Below the pieces are notes generated by a model. It was not told the origin of the DNA and searched no databases. It saw nothing but the letters and a program-made list of their open reading frames with translations. From assembly GCA_964234715.1 (NCBI GenBank), contig OZ174279.1: a DNA stretch of 64,000 nt, one strand, 5' to 3'. The number at the start of each line of letters is the position of its first letter. Position 1 is the first letter of the stretch. Positions 11,770-24,335 of the stretch are shown piece by piece. The position numbers and the translations under genes were made by a program. Source of the stretch: Podarcis melisellensis. Its lineage: Eukaryota.

Positions 11770-12021
11770 AGCTGTCAGCCGCCGCCGCCGCCTCAGCGGA
11801 TGGGGCAGGAGGCCGGCAGCGAGTTCCGGGGCGTGTGCATGAAGGGAGGCGGGTTCCTCGGAGGACGCTGGCCGGTTGCGAGCGAGCGAGTGAGGGAGAG
11901 AGCGAGAGCGACCGAGGCTGCGACCGCTAATCCCCCTTTCCCAACACTGCCGGTACGCTGAGGGACGCCGGGCGAGGCCCACCTGCAAGGCGCTGCTCCT
12001 CCCTCCCCGCCTCGCCCTTGG
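11770..12021 (+). other. CCSER2: CCSER2 non-coding exon 1 (5' UTR); start is approximate
   Basis: GCC-repeat leader inside the CpG island, ending at a strong donor TGG|GTGAGT (intron starts 12022). The TSS cannot be fixed from sequence alone. Confidence 0.65.
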
Positions 12022-12407
12022 GTGAGTGTCAGCCGCGGGTGTGTTGAGATGGAGAGTAAGGAGCCGGCTGAAAGGACGGGGGGGTTGTGATGAGGAGGAA
12101 GGAGCCGGGTCTCCCCCCTCCCCATACCCTTTCCAACATCCTCTCCCGCATTGTAAGGTTGGGGGGGGCAGCGAGGGGCCTCCCTGCTCGTGGGCTGAGT
12201 CAGCGGACAGCTGGTACCTTCGCCCCATCTCTCTCTCTCTCCCTCCCTCCACGGGGGGGGGGGGCTTCTGACCTCTCTTCTCTCTCTCTCCCCCCCCCCA
12301 TCTGCGAATCTCGTGGTTCTTCGGTGGGCGCGATTGGCTGCACGGCCGTGTGACTGACTGTGCAAGAGACGGACGAAGATGCTGCATCACCGTCGTGACC
12401 ACTAGCC

Positions 12408-12409
<2 letters not shown>

Positions 12410-12466
<57 letters not shown>
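12410..12466. repeat. (CT)n microsatellite in intron 1
   Basis: About 28 perfect CT units. Confidence 0.95.
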
Positions 12467-12468
<2 letters not shown>

Positions 12469-15400
12469 CCTCCTTAAAGAAAACCAGGCTTAGGAGATGC
12501 TCGTGTCTTGGAGAGAGAGCGGGGAGGGCGGACTTAACCGCTGCGTCGGGGAGCAGATTTGCTAACCCTCCGGTTGATGGAAGGAGGGAGGGAGATGCCT
12601 GGGCTCAAATCTGCTCGGAGAAACGCCCTAGCTCTCCCCGGGAAGTCTTGTCCCTGAGCTTTTTGGGGACTCCCTAGTTTATGCAGGTTGAGGGAAATTC
12701 AGTTTGTGCTTGCTCATGGTTGCCTACAGCATGTCTTCCTGGATTCAGCCCAGGCCTTGAAAAGAGATGCTGGGGAGACCTGGCAGGAGTCGAGCACTGG
12801 TCCTAACTGCAGGCCTTTCTCAATCCACCTTTGCTGGCTTGAGGCAGGAGGTGGCCTTGCGGCAGTGTTTCCTGCCTACCAGTGTTCCTGTAGGGGTGTC
12901 CTTTTTATCCTAGGGTGGGGGCAGTGTTTGAGAAGTGTATGTATATGTGTGTGTGGCCAGGTAACACTTCTACCGGCTTTAAAGGCCGGATGACATCTCC
13001 ATATTGCTTAAAAACAGACAAAGGCTGCTGCTTCTGTACCTGGGCTGGTGACTGAAGGAGTGCTACTGTGTTTATCCTCATTTCAAACATACAATGACTC
13101 ATTATAAGCTTGTCCTGTCAGGGAAGGTAATATTGAGTGTCTTTCTTTGTTTTCTTATGTTTCAGACTTTGAAGCTCTCTGACCTTGGGCAAGTCATCAC
13201 TTCTCAGCCCATTCTCTCCTACTGCTATTGTGAGGATAAAAGGCACAATGTTTGTAAAGCACTTTGCAAATGGAAAGTGATGTTGAACTAATAATTAACA
13301 GTATTTAATTTTTTTCCCAAATAGTTGGAACATAAGTTCACCATTCAGTCCATTTGAGAGAATTTCTGAAACTTGAGAATAACAACATTCATGGTTACTT
13401 TTTCACACACTCAAATTCTTGCCACAGTCTTCTTTTCAATGGTTTTGTATGACTAGCTCCTTTTCCCTTGACCTTCTCTGCTGTCTTGTCCCTTCTGCTT
13501 CCTGACAGCTGGTATAAGGAGAGGGGTCAGACAGGCGTTGAACAATTCAATCTGTTTGGGAGAGACGGAGGCTGAATTCAGCTGACATGGCAATCCATGG
13601 ATTGTTTTTACATCTGAACCCATGTTTGCTCGCTGACTTTGTGTTTTGGGATATAGGAACATTGTTTTAAACTGGTTTGCACTGGCAAGCTTGCCCCAGC
13701 TGGAGTTGCCATTAAGTATGAGTTCACAGTGCAACAGCCTCTTGAGACTGAGCAGCAGCCATAAATGTAGTTTGTTGATGATTTGTGGAGCTGGGAGTGA
13801 ACTTATGAAGATAAGTGCTAAACAGTAAATGAAAACAAACAAGCAATTCTAAACCATGGTTTGCCAATTTTACATTTGGAATCACAAACTGTGGTGTGGG
13901 TTATTAATTATAAGCAAAAATATTATGCTTGGATGTATGCATAGAAGGCAGTATGATTTTATCTCTATTGCCGGTCTTAAAAGGGGAGAAACCTCACTTT
14001 GGTAATCTGGTGAGCAGTCTCTCAGGTTTCTCACAGTGGATTGACATTCGGCTGTAACCTCTAAGGGCTCATCCATACAAAAGCTTCCTGCACTCCCATT
14101 TGGCGCTAGTACACAGTTGGAGTTGATTTCAACTTACTGAAACTAGAGAGGGTAGATTTTGTCCAAATATAGAGAGTGTCTCTCTGTGTGTAATTGGATC
14201 TCCTCGTTTGTCTGATGTATGTATTTTAAAAAATATTGTTGGATAAGTAAATGATTAGAAATTGTACAGGACTAACAGCCTGGTCCTCTGTAGAGTTAAG
14301 TACACCAAAGCCTATTGAAATTGGTTGGATGGGTCGCTGACTCAGCATAGATTGGGTTATAGTTCTTTAAAGGGTTTCTGGTTCCTAAGATGAGAGTCTC
14401 CCTGGGTGTGGTCTGTGCAGCCAGGTTGGTACTTGAGCACTGTGTCAGAAAGCAGTAATGATAATCATTGCACAACTGTTAAAAGCAATTAAAAATACTA
14501 AATTTAATTTATTTAATGTCATGTTCAGAAGGTAACAGCATGGATAGATTTCTACTACTCACAAACAGTAGTTTCCTTAAGTTACATTATTAATAATACT
14601 GAGCTGAATTCAGCTAACCCCTGATCTGTTAGCAGGTCAGTGCAATGACTCCCACTAGTGTAGCAGGACTCCCTCTCTGCTCCCCCAATTTACACTGGAG
14701 GTCTGGGAAAGCCCCCAAAATAGCATGCAGTGGGAGGAGAGGAGAAGTTGTTCAGTTGGGCAAATAGAAATACTTGTGCTGACAGAACAATCTCCTTAAC
14801 ATTGTGTTGAATTCCATCCACTTTGTCTTAGTGGCAAGAAGGGTAGTTTCTTCATTGTTGCCCATAAGAAATGCTGTTAATGTTGCTGAGTATAGGTTTT
14901 GAAGTAGTAGTCTTCAAAACAATGTTAATCTTTAATATTTCTAGGAAAGTTAAGAATTATTTTAGAAGTGTCTCTTATGTCTCTTAGCATAAGAAGGCAT
15001 ACCTCTTGTATTAGGGATATGGAAGTCTTTATTTGGTCCCTAGAAGTAAATATTGTAGTTCAGATTGTTGTTTCTTTTCTTTAGAGGATCAAACAGAAGA
15101 AGTTACAGATGGAATCTGGGCTGTCCGTTAGCCTCTTTGAAGGCTAGCATCATTACTCTTTCTAATGATTTGCAGTGTCATCTGGTGCCTAGCAGTTCTT
15201 GGCAAGTTCCATCATGAGATGAGCATTCACATTTTTCAGGATGTAGTACATTAATAACATTTGTAATTCTAGGCTGTAAAATTGTAATAGCAATAGTAAC
15301 CAAAAAATGAACGAAATAAATGAAATTTAAAAAGAAAAAAGGGTTGTTGTGTCACAAAGCAGCCTTTCTCAGCCTTGTCTCCCCAGATGTTGTTGAACCA

Positions 15401-16639
15401 CTGGTCTTGCTAGCTATGGATGATGGGAATTGTAGTCCAACAACATCTGGAGACCCAAGGTTGAGAAAGGTTGCCTTAAAGGCTAGTGCTAGGATTCAGT
15501 CTAGCACTTGGAATCTAGTAAAAGAGAACATAATATGCAACCCAAACATTCATGAGGAACGCCATTCCCTTTCTCTCATCACCTTTTTCAGGACAAGACA
15601 TCAACTGTTTGTTGTCTTTGAGCATTCCTTATGGTGTGGATGTTAGCTGTGCCAATGCAATATGTTCCCTATTGCCCACAATCCAGATTTAGTTTCTTTG
15701 TGCTCAGTTCTGCTTCTGTGAATATGTTCAGGCAGCATGAGGAAAGCCATGTCTGTACAACTCTTGACAGGGTATTTTTGGGATATGGGCAAAAGATTCC
15801 TCACTATAAGTGTAAGGAATCTCTACAGATGGTGAGATCCTACTCTCCTTTGCTAGCTGGCCACAGTAGATAATCCATATGGTTGATATCTACTTCAGAA
15901 ATATATCAGTATATATTTTATCTGAGTACCACTAGCAAACGGTGCTGTTGAACTGATATTGAAGAGAAAATGAATGCAAATCAAGAAGTACCAGGTGCTA
16001 TAAGTAATAATTTCGTCAATTGTAATGAGTTCTGCATTGCTTCAAATGATTCCTTAATCGGGCAGGAATTAAGGCCCATTTGGTCCAAAGCAGTGTCAAA
16101 TGTAGCACAAGACAGTCCTTGTAACCAGATCTTACAACATTGCCCAGGTGTGTCAATGAGCAACATAAATGAGAAGATGGAGACAACGTGTGATGTCCCA
16201 TAACACCTTAAAAGCTATTTTAAAAAACCCTGTTGATATAATACATTTGTAACAAAAGTGAATGAGAAGTAACTGATTCTGTCTGAAAGCTTACCTGCTT
16301 GATGGTTAGTGACTGAGTGTCTCAATTTTCTGAACATAATATGATAAACCTGTTCAGTTGTTCAGGGTTACCTTTGGAAAAATGCTAATATAAAACATTA
16401 CAAACCATTGAGTTCTTGGCTGTTGTTCTGATGAACCCTTCATATATAGTTAAGTGCTTATGTATCTCCCAAATTTGAAATATTAAAATACAAGACTGTC
16501 TTCAAAGGACATAGGAGAAACAATTGTGGGAAGAGGGTGTTTCAAGTCAGGGTGCTACCGTAAAAAATGCCCTGTTGTATGTCCTGAGCTATGATTTTTA
16601 GTGGGGGCCACAAGCAGAACCCCCTGCTTTTTGTTGATT

Positions 16640-17070
16640 GAGTTGTCTTGTATCAAGGAGGTGCTCCAGCAGATATTTAGACTCCAAGTCGTTAAGGCCT
16701 AGCAGCCCACAGGCAGATATTACCATGGTTTTAAGAGCATTGTTCTATTCTCCCATCTTACTTTCCCAGTTAATAACCAAGCAGCAGCATTCTACACTTG
16801 CTACAGCTTCTGGACCATTTTCATGGTCAACCCCACTTAGAGTTGCAGTAATCCAAATATGAGGTCACCAGAGTGTATGGCACTCATGCCAAAACATCCG
16901 TTCAGGAACAGCTTTAGCTGGTGAGTGAGCCACATCTGGAAATAGGTACTCCAAGGCCCCCTGAGCCTCCATTGACAACATGGGGTTAAGGTGTGCCCCA
17001 AAGCTACCTACATGCCACTACAGGAGGAGTACTACCTCATCCAGAACAAGCTGTTTCACCAATTCCTGGA
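16640..17070 (-). mobile_element. Degraded L2 LINE ORF2 fragment; boundaries approximate
   Basis: Minus strand of ~16839-16877 translates YTLVTSYLDYCNS, resembling the L2 motif HALVTSRLDYCNS. Confidence 0.55.
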
Positions 17071-19308
17071 ATTGAGCTGCCTGGCTACACTACCAGCATC
17101 TTATCAGCATTCAGTCTATAAACTTAGGCAAACAAACAGTGTACAAAAGTTAAGGGCTACTCTGCTCTTGTGAATCCCAGTGAAAGTTGTAATATCACTT
17201 TCTCACAGGCTTATTGGTAGTTCCTGTATAATTGTGGGGGACGACTCCCAACGTCTATAAGCATAGAGCATGATCCAGCTAAAGTTAAATGGATTTATGC
17301 CTGCTGCTGGAGGATTTCAGCTGTTGCCAGACTCTCCCATTTAAACTGATAGTATCTAAAGATGCTTAATATTGGCCAGATTGTTTTATCCAAAATGTTT
17401 AGTAGACATAGTTCAGTTGTAAACCTAACCTCCTATTGAATTTGGTCAGTGAAGATGTTGGTTAATTCATATTTTTAAATAATTCCAATCTTACACTGCT
17501 ATATTCAGTATAAATTTATAAAGGTTCCCTGCCTAGTCAACTGTTGTTCTTCATCACAGATGTTGACTGTTTTTGTTGATCATAGATGTTCATCGGAGAT
17601 CACCAGGCAAGTGGATGTTTGCATGTGTCAAATTATAAGTGCTAGGATTCAGTAGTCCATTAAAAAAAATAAGTGTTCTGTCTCTGGGTTGCATTCTAGC
17701 AAAGTCTAATTGGGTTTAGCTAATGCTGGAACACTTTTCCCCATCTCATAATTAAACTTACCGTGCAGGCATCAGCAGCAAACTATATTGTAGTTATTGT
17801 ACCCGACTTGATTACAGAATGCTGCAAATATTATTTAGTTTTTCTTTGTGTTTCTCTTTAGCAAAGGATTGTGGAATAGCCAGTAGACTTGTTTCCCATG
17901 TTCCATTGTAAAATATGTATCAGTAACACGTTAAACACTGTAATATATTGATCTCAGAACTTCATATGCCTCATAGCACAAAAATAATGATTCACTTTTT
18001 AAAAACAATCTATTCCCGCTCTATGTTCAAGTATGTTATCAGAGTGCTTTAACAATGGAAGCACTACCACCCGAATAAGCACAAGAGAGAGTACATTAGT
18101 GAAGGATAGGGGTGTTAAAGCTTCACTTAATTATTGTTTGTTTCTTTGTATCAATCAAACAGAGATAAAACTTAGCCAGATTATATTTGTATGGGACCAA
18201 CTTCCCAGGCAATCATAATAGTGATTTTTAATTTAGATGGTTAATTTTGGTCAACAGCATGTTTGGAATTATTTACACACCTGGTGGCTAAGGGTGAGTA
18301 AACATTCCATTCTGATAAGTTTGAAAGATCTCCAAGTACTGGCTCTGGTATGGTGACTGCATCTTTCCTTCCCAAACTATACTTAAGGTGCACCCAGCAT
18401 AGGTAACTGACTGTGGCAGGATGGAAAAAGAGTTACTGTCTTGCTGACTGGAAGAGGAGACGAATGAACCTTGCCTATATCAGTTTTTACAGTGCTACAT
18501 TGAAAATATGGCTTTTTCATGTGGCCTACATTTCTCATGAAAGAATGTAGGTCATAACTAGCTGGAAACTAGAGTACATACATTGGATGGCGATTGATTT
18601 GACTGTTCAGTTGTTACTGTAAGCTATTTGTAAACTATAGACTTCTTTAATATTTAGATTTTTAACGTATAACTGAATGCATAAAGCAATCCATTAAGGT
18701 TATTGGATCCCTATTATGTGCTTTGGTTATAAATGTTTTCCTGTGGCAGTTGATTTTTGTACACTTGCTATAAGAGCTTATGATCAAAGCTGATAAGGAT
18801 TTATAGAGCTTTGGGTGACCCATTTCTAGTTCAAAAATTACTTACTAATCTAAGTGAAATGAAGTCAAAGGTAGCAAGTTACCAGTATAAGGAGTTTCTA
18901 CTTATTAGATATGAAGGATAGCATTTAGCTGTTTCAGATGCAAAAAATGCTGGCAATGCCTCAAGCATGGAGCAGCCCAAGCTACTTGCTAGGGCAGTTT
19001 TATTTTATTATACTTGATGTATGTGTAGTTTTGGTACACACAGCAGTAATTATGTTACCATTCATCGTAAGCCCTGAGCTCTTGTGTACACAAATAAAAA
19101 AGTGTAGAATTCAAAGTCCAGAAATGAAATTTAATGCATGCATATTAACATGATAGGAATTCTTAAGAGTGAAATGCTTCCATTTTGTTGTCTCCTTAGT
19201 TTTGCAGTTACAAACAGTAGTTAAAAACTTATCAAGTATGGTACCCAGGCCTCTCATGACATACTCACTGAACACCTATGGTATTTTACCCATTTGCGTA
19301 CACAGTGA

Positions 19309-19440
19309 AAACATTAAACCTTAAAAAGATTCCCTAACCAGGGCTGCCTTCAGATGTCTCCTGAAGGTTATTACCCATCTCCTTGACATCTGGTGGGAGG
19401 CCATTCAACAGGGTGGGTGCCCCTACCAATAAGGCCCTCC
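19309..19440 (-). mobile_element. L2-like LINE 3' fragment
   Basis: CAGGGCTGCCTTCAGATGTC...TCCTTGACATCTGGTGGGAGG...AAGGCCCTC; similar to the internal segment of the 8644-8955 element. Confidence 0.5.
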
Positions 19441-20284
19441 AAAGTTTCAAGCCATTTTCAATATATGGAATTAATACTTTACAATAATATTGGTAGATTA
19501 GATCAATGTTGCCACCTTATACATCATGTTCTGGGCTTGTATTCACAGAAATGCCTTTATTCTCTTTCAAATGGAACAGCTGATCCTGCGCAATATTTGG
19601 CTTCTGTTTACAGAAAGTGTTTCTATCTATCTGCCTGTGCTCTCAACAGCTTAGATATTTTGTGGATAAATTGTAACTGTTGCTATGGAGTTCTTGGAAA
19701 TACAAAATATAATCTTGAGATAACAGATACATGCATCAGTGTGGACTCTTGAGCAGGTAGCAGTGCTTACTTGGTGACAACACTTGATATTAAAAGTGTA
19801 TTGAGGTGACATTTGGAAAGATGCTGTGGGCAATGATTTGTATTGGCAGCAGCCCACAGGATGGCTTCTGAAGAAGTTGGATATATGATGCATTTTGATG
19901 AAACCTCCCATGTTTACTTCAGATTTATCCCCAGATCATCACCCTTTGCCAACTTTATTATATTTGTGAACTAGTTCCTACATCTGTCTTCTCCGCTTTT
20001 CTAGCGTAACTGTGGTAAAATTGCATTTGGCAGATTTACATGGATCTCTTTCTGAAATACTTGTTTCTGTGTAAGAAGATTCTATTCATTGTAAATGTAT
20101 TTGAGTTGTTTCAGTAAACAGATAGTTGCTCATTTAAGGATGTCAGGTCAGATTTATACAATACACTGTGTATACACTCCGTAATCATGGTTGTGCAGTT
20201 AACATTTTCATCTTTTTCTCTTTCTTTCTCTTTCTAGAGTCAAGTAATGTTAAAGGACAATATCTCATGGAAGGACTATAGCTA

Positions 20285-21689
20285 ATGGAAGAGAAAAGTC
20301 ATATCAGGACATCATTGGTTTCCAGGTTACCAAAGTATGGAACAAAACCTGCTGGAAATATGCTACAGACCATCCCAAATGGGACAGCTGTTAATTTATC
20401 AGGGAATACTCGGAGCGTTGACAAAGGTTTTGGCAAGCACAATGGCACTATTCGTATGTCTTCCTTCTCTTTTAACTGGCGAAAATCAAATAAATACCAA
20501 CTGGGTGATCAGGTCAGCAGTGAATCTGACTCTAGTCATAATTCCAATGAAAGGCTGACAGATTCTGAAAAGTGCCCTCAGTCTGAAGGAGCAGTTGGTA
20601 AAGAAGTTCTCAGGGTGGGTTCAAGGAACACCTTGTCAAAACTAGCTAAGCAAAACAGCATGTTTGTGTCACCTACCGACGAATTAAACCAAAAGGCTTT
20701 GCCTGGGCTGTCTAGTTCTGCTAAGTACAGTAAAAGTTCCTTGTTAGGCAGAACTTCATTTTCTGGACTTCATGCTCCAAAATCACACTTGAATGGAATT
20801 TGTGGGAACCGTTCAACTATAGGCTTGCAGAGGAATAGAGGTATTTCTACTGCCACCAGGAGCAGCTCAGGGGAGAGTCTGGCAAAATTGACTGACAATG
20901 ATAAATCTTGTGAAAAAATGGTTAGGTCACAAAGCTTTTCACATTCCATTCAAAGCTCTATCTTGCCCCCTGCAACCCTAACTAGGTCACACTCTTTTAA
21001 CAGAGCTGTGGATCTTACAAGGCCTTATCAAAACCAACACTTAACTATTAGAGCATCTCAGAGGTCAAATCTATTGTCAAGAAGTGCACGGCAGTTGGAT
21101 ATGCCCAATGGCAATGAATCATTAAGATATGGGTTTTCTAGATCATATGCTGCTTTAGCTCCCCCTGGTTTGAAAAAACAACCACTATCCAATGGCTCTG
21201 GGGATGCACCTTCTCTCAGATTTAGAACAGCTCGTCCATCTTTATTGAAGCCAAGCAACCAACATTTGGGGAGAAAGATACCTGTGGATGGCAACACAAG
21301 TAAAGATGCTGAAAACTGCGCAGAAGACTTGATTTCAACAAATAGCAGTGGAGGAGTTGATGCAAAAGGAATGCAAAACAGTGAAAGAACTGAAGATGGA
21401 GAAACTGTACATAATAATGTAGATAAAATTATTAGCATGGATGGCGATGTTGATGAAATATCTATATCTTCCTTGTCCTCTTCTGAGAAAAATGATCTGA
21501 GCGAAGACTTTAGTGATGACTTCATAGATCTAGAAGATCCCAACCGACCAATAACAATTCAAGAAGAAGTGGTTTCTGTTCAAGAGCTGGAGCATGGCAA
21601 TGGAATACCACTAGATCAGATTTTGTCTCTTAAGAAAAGTGAAAGATCCAACTGTAATTCTGATGAATGGCTGAATATACGTGTGTCTG
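20285..21689 (+). CDS. CCSER2: CCSER2 exon 2 coding part (exon starts 20238); Ser-rich N-terminal region, 468 codons + 1 nt
   Basis: Polypyrimidine tract with TAG acceptor at 20236-37. MEEKSHIRTSLVSRLPKYGTK...EKMVRSQSFSHSIQ...RSHSFNRAVDLT...SSSEKNDLSEDFSDDFIDLED matches recalled vertebrate CCSER2. Donor TCTG|GTAAAT, phase 1. Confidence 0.96.
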
Positions 21690-23087
21690 GTAAATATATG
21701 TTATGTTTTTTCTTTGAAAATGGGAACCTAAGCTCTTACAGTATTGTCACTACTATTTTGTCACCTAATAGTGTGCATTAAATTTTTTGGTTAGATTATA
21801 AATAACAAATATGTGAAGAAGTCTACCAATAGGTTTTATTGATTGTTCAAAATTTTATTAGTTTTTCTAATAAAGTTTTAGAGGAAAAAATAAGTTATTT
21901 CTTGGACTTAGGTGCTCTGGAGGAAGTTTTCCCCAATGTGTTTTGTCCACAAACACATTATTAACTAGTTCTATATACAGTGGTACTAAGAAACTTGGCT
22001 CTATTACAAAACTATTTTTAATTGTCCTAATGGTACTACCAAGCAGCTAATTTGTACGTCTCCTCAAACAAGGTAACTATGAAGCTGTTCTACCATTGAT
22101 TGCTGTTCATCTTCCTGGATTCTTAGTGCCATCATGCTAGTAGACAGTGTGCAGATGCAAATTCTGTGTTAAAATAATGTGCCTGATCTAGCCAAATTTG
22201 ACCATAGTTTTAAGTCCTCTTTAATTTGATGGAAGAGTAAAAAGCAAATGCCTAGCTTGTGCAACAGTCTAACATTTGTGGCAGAAGAAACTATGGCAAG
22301 CTATCATTGTTATTATTTATTTGATTTATATACCACCCTCCATCAGTTATGTCTGTTTTGGAAGGGCTAATTTTAGAAAGTTAAAGTCTTGCCTCATGTT
22401 CTCTTAGCCATGTTTTGCAGCAAAAGAAAAATAGTTTATACTATAAAACACTGTGAAACTATGAGTTGAGCTGTGATCCTAGAAGTAAATTAATATCAGT
22501 AGGTTTTGGTATGTTTGCTTTATAAATTGAACAATTTCTTAGAAAGTGTTGACAGATGGAATGCTTGTAGTTGTGATCAGAATATAAGAGGTAATCTGTA
22601 TCTTTATTCCAACAACAGCAAGGGTCAAGATTCAAGGACGGAGTCCTGTTTCTTCTCCTTGGTTGCGTCTGAAATTTGAAAAGAGGAGACAATTGACTTC
22701 TGCTTACTCTAGTGGAACATATAAAATGTTTGCAACATGAGGTTCCATCTAGTTTGAGAGGAGGTTCTGAACAACAGAACAGCATTTGCTAATCTGCCAA
22801 TTCTTACTGGAACTCATGACTAGGTCCACTTTCTCAGCATCCAATGTTAATACTGTGTTTTAATTGTTGTAACCCACCCTGAAATATTGGGGTGAAGGTT
22901 AATGAAAATAAAAATAGTAATTATTAATAATAACAGGAAAGAACTATGTAGCTAAGTTAAGTTACAAAGTATTGTGAGCTTGCCATTCTTGAATATGTTT
23001 TCAACATTGCTGGCTGACCTGCTTTACAAAACTCTTAAACTATTTGCATTGGAATATTTACTTTTTAGAAATAGTACAGAGAGAGAA

Positions 23088-24005
23088 GGCATGTGGGTGG
23101 TGCTGTGGTCTAAACCATAGAGCCTAGGGCTTGCTGATCAGAAGGTCGGCGGTTCAAATCCCCTCTTTTTTATTTTATTTTTTTAAAATAATTTTTATTA
23201 ACCGACCAATCAAATCACATCACATAAGTTCTGAATTACAAAGCCGAATTTTATATTTTTTGTTGGGGGGACCCATATTTCATGTTCCGAAGGGGATTCC
23301 AATCATCTTCTTGCTGCTGCGTTAATATCCACAAATCTGTCCAAATAATGTTCATAATTCTATCCAGTCCTATCTTGCTGTTCTCACGTCTCATCTTGTT
23401 CGTATATTTTTCTTTTTTTCTTTATGATCTCTTCTGATAATCTCCTTAAGCAGGTAAACACCAGTTATAATCCTGTGTGAATTTTCTGTTCGTCCAATCA
23501 TCATGTTGAGATGGTATCCATATATCATCACTTTCATAAGCATCCAGGAGCGCCGAAGTCTGCACAAGGGCTTTCTGCCTAGTGCCCCCACCCCCTCAAA
23601 TTCGGGGGTGGTATAGGGCACAGCAGGCAAGGGCAGTCCCCCCCACATGCCACCTCGTGTGGGTCGGAGAGATGTTATTGTCAGCCATCTTCCGATGCGC
23701 CCCTAGTGGCCCCCCGGCGGTTCAAATCCCCTCAATGGGGTGAGCTCCCATTGCTCGGTCCCTGCTCCTGCCAACCTAGCAGTTCAAAAGCACATCAAAG
23801 TGCAAGTAGTTAAATAGGTACTGCTCCGGCAGGAAGGTAAACAGCGTTTCCGTGCGGTGTTCTGCTTCGCCAGAAGCGGCTTAGTTATGCTGGCCACAGG
23901 ACCCGGAAGCTGTACGCTGCCTCCCTCGGACAGTAAAGTGACATGAGCACCGCAACCCCAGAGTTGTCCGTGACTGGACCTAATGGTGGGGGGTTCCTTT
24001 ACCTT
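23088..24005 (+). mobile_element. Sauria SINE interrupted at its B box by a 549-bp insertion
   Basis: tRNA-like head (GGTGGTGCTGTGG A box, GGTTCAAATCC B box), CCTGCCAACCTAGCAGTTC core and (CCTTTA)n tail; 13-bp TSD TACAGAGAGAGAA (23075-87, 24006-18). Confidence 0.92.
23166..23714 (-). mobile_element. Polyadenylated non-autonomous retroposon (L1-type mobilisation), unclassified
   Basis: 19-bp perfect TSD CGGCGGTTCAAATCCCCTC (23147-65, 23715-33). Minus strand AATAAA (23194-99) plus A-rich tail (23166-84). 5' end GGGGGCCACTAGGGGCGCATCGGAAGATGGCTG. Confidence 0.8.
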
Positions 24006-24135
24006 TACAGAGAGAGAAACTGAGGCGACTCTTGATAACTGCACGTAGGTAATGCAGTATGTAAATTGCAAATTTTGAGAGTTTGTGTATAATGTTAACT
24101 TGTTGCTTTTGCTTTTGCTTTCATTTAAATAGTAG

Positions 24136-24335
24136 ATGACAAGAGTGAAAGTGCAAAACATCCTGCTGGGAGCAATGTGATTTCCTCTGACATGGACTAC
24201 AGAGCTGGCTCTTCCTTTGAGCTTTCTCCATCTGATAGCTCTGATGGAACCTATATGTGGGATGAAGAAGGGTTGGAGCCCATTGGAAGTGTCCATCCAT
24301 GTGGAAGTTATGATTCTTCAGAAATGAATAGTATA
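24136..24335 (+). CDS. CCSER2: CCSER2 exon 3
   Basis: (D)DKSESAKHPAGSNVISSDMDYRAGSSFELSPSDSSDGTYMWDEEGLEPIGSVHPCGSYDSSEMNSI. TAGTAG acceptor, ATA|GTAAGT donor; 200 nt, phase 1 to 0. Confidence 0.95.

Larger units (their letters stand above)
11500..12600 (+). promoter_or_regulatory. CCSER2: CpG-island promoter of CCSER2
   Basis: Sharp local rise in GC and CpG in an otherwise CpG-depleted window. GC box GGGGCGGGG (~11570), reverse CCAAT ATTGG (11601), NRF1-like GCGCGCGCA (11621), CRE-like TTACGTCA (11757) and E2F-like GGCGGGAAA (11541). No TATA box. Confidence 0.85.

Noticed and set aside
11478-12402. Long ORFs over the promoter (294 aa and 190 aa minus, 150 aa plus)
   Set aside because: Low-complexity Arg/Gly/Pro/Ala translations expected from a stop-poor CpG island; no recognisable domain.
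21058-21543. 161-aa minus-strand ORF
   Set aside because: Antisense shadow of CCSER2 exon 2. The same applies to 58295..58618.
21690-21781. C-terminal ~30 aa of the 498-aa track ORF as part of the main protein
   Set aside because: Similarity to CCSER2 stops at the GT donor at 21690; the rest is intron read-through.
23696-23711. CTCF motif at the 5' end of the nested retroposon (GCCACTAGGGGCGC)
   Set aside because: One G short of the consensus spacing; not called.
23784-24296. 170-aa minus-strand ORF
   Set aside because: Runs across antisense exon 3, intron and a SINE; a chance ORF.
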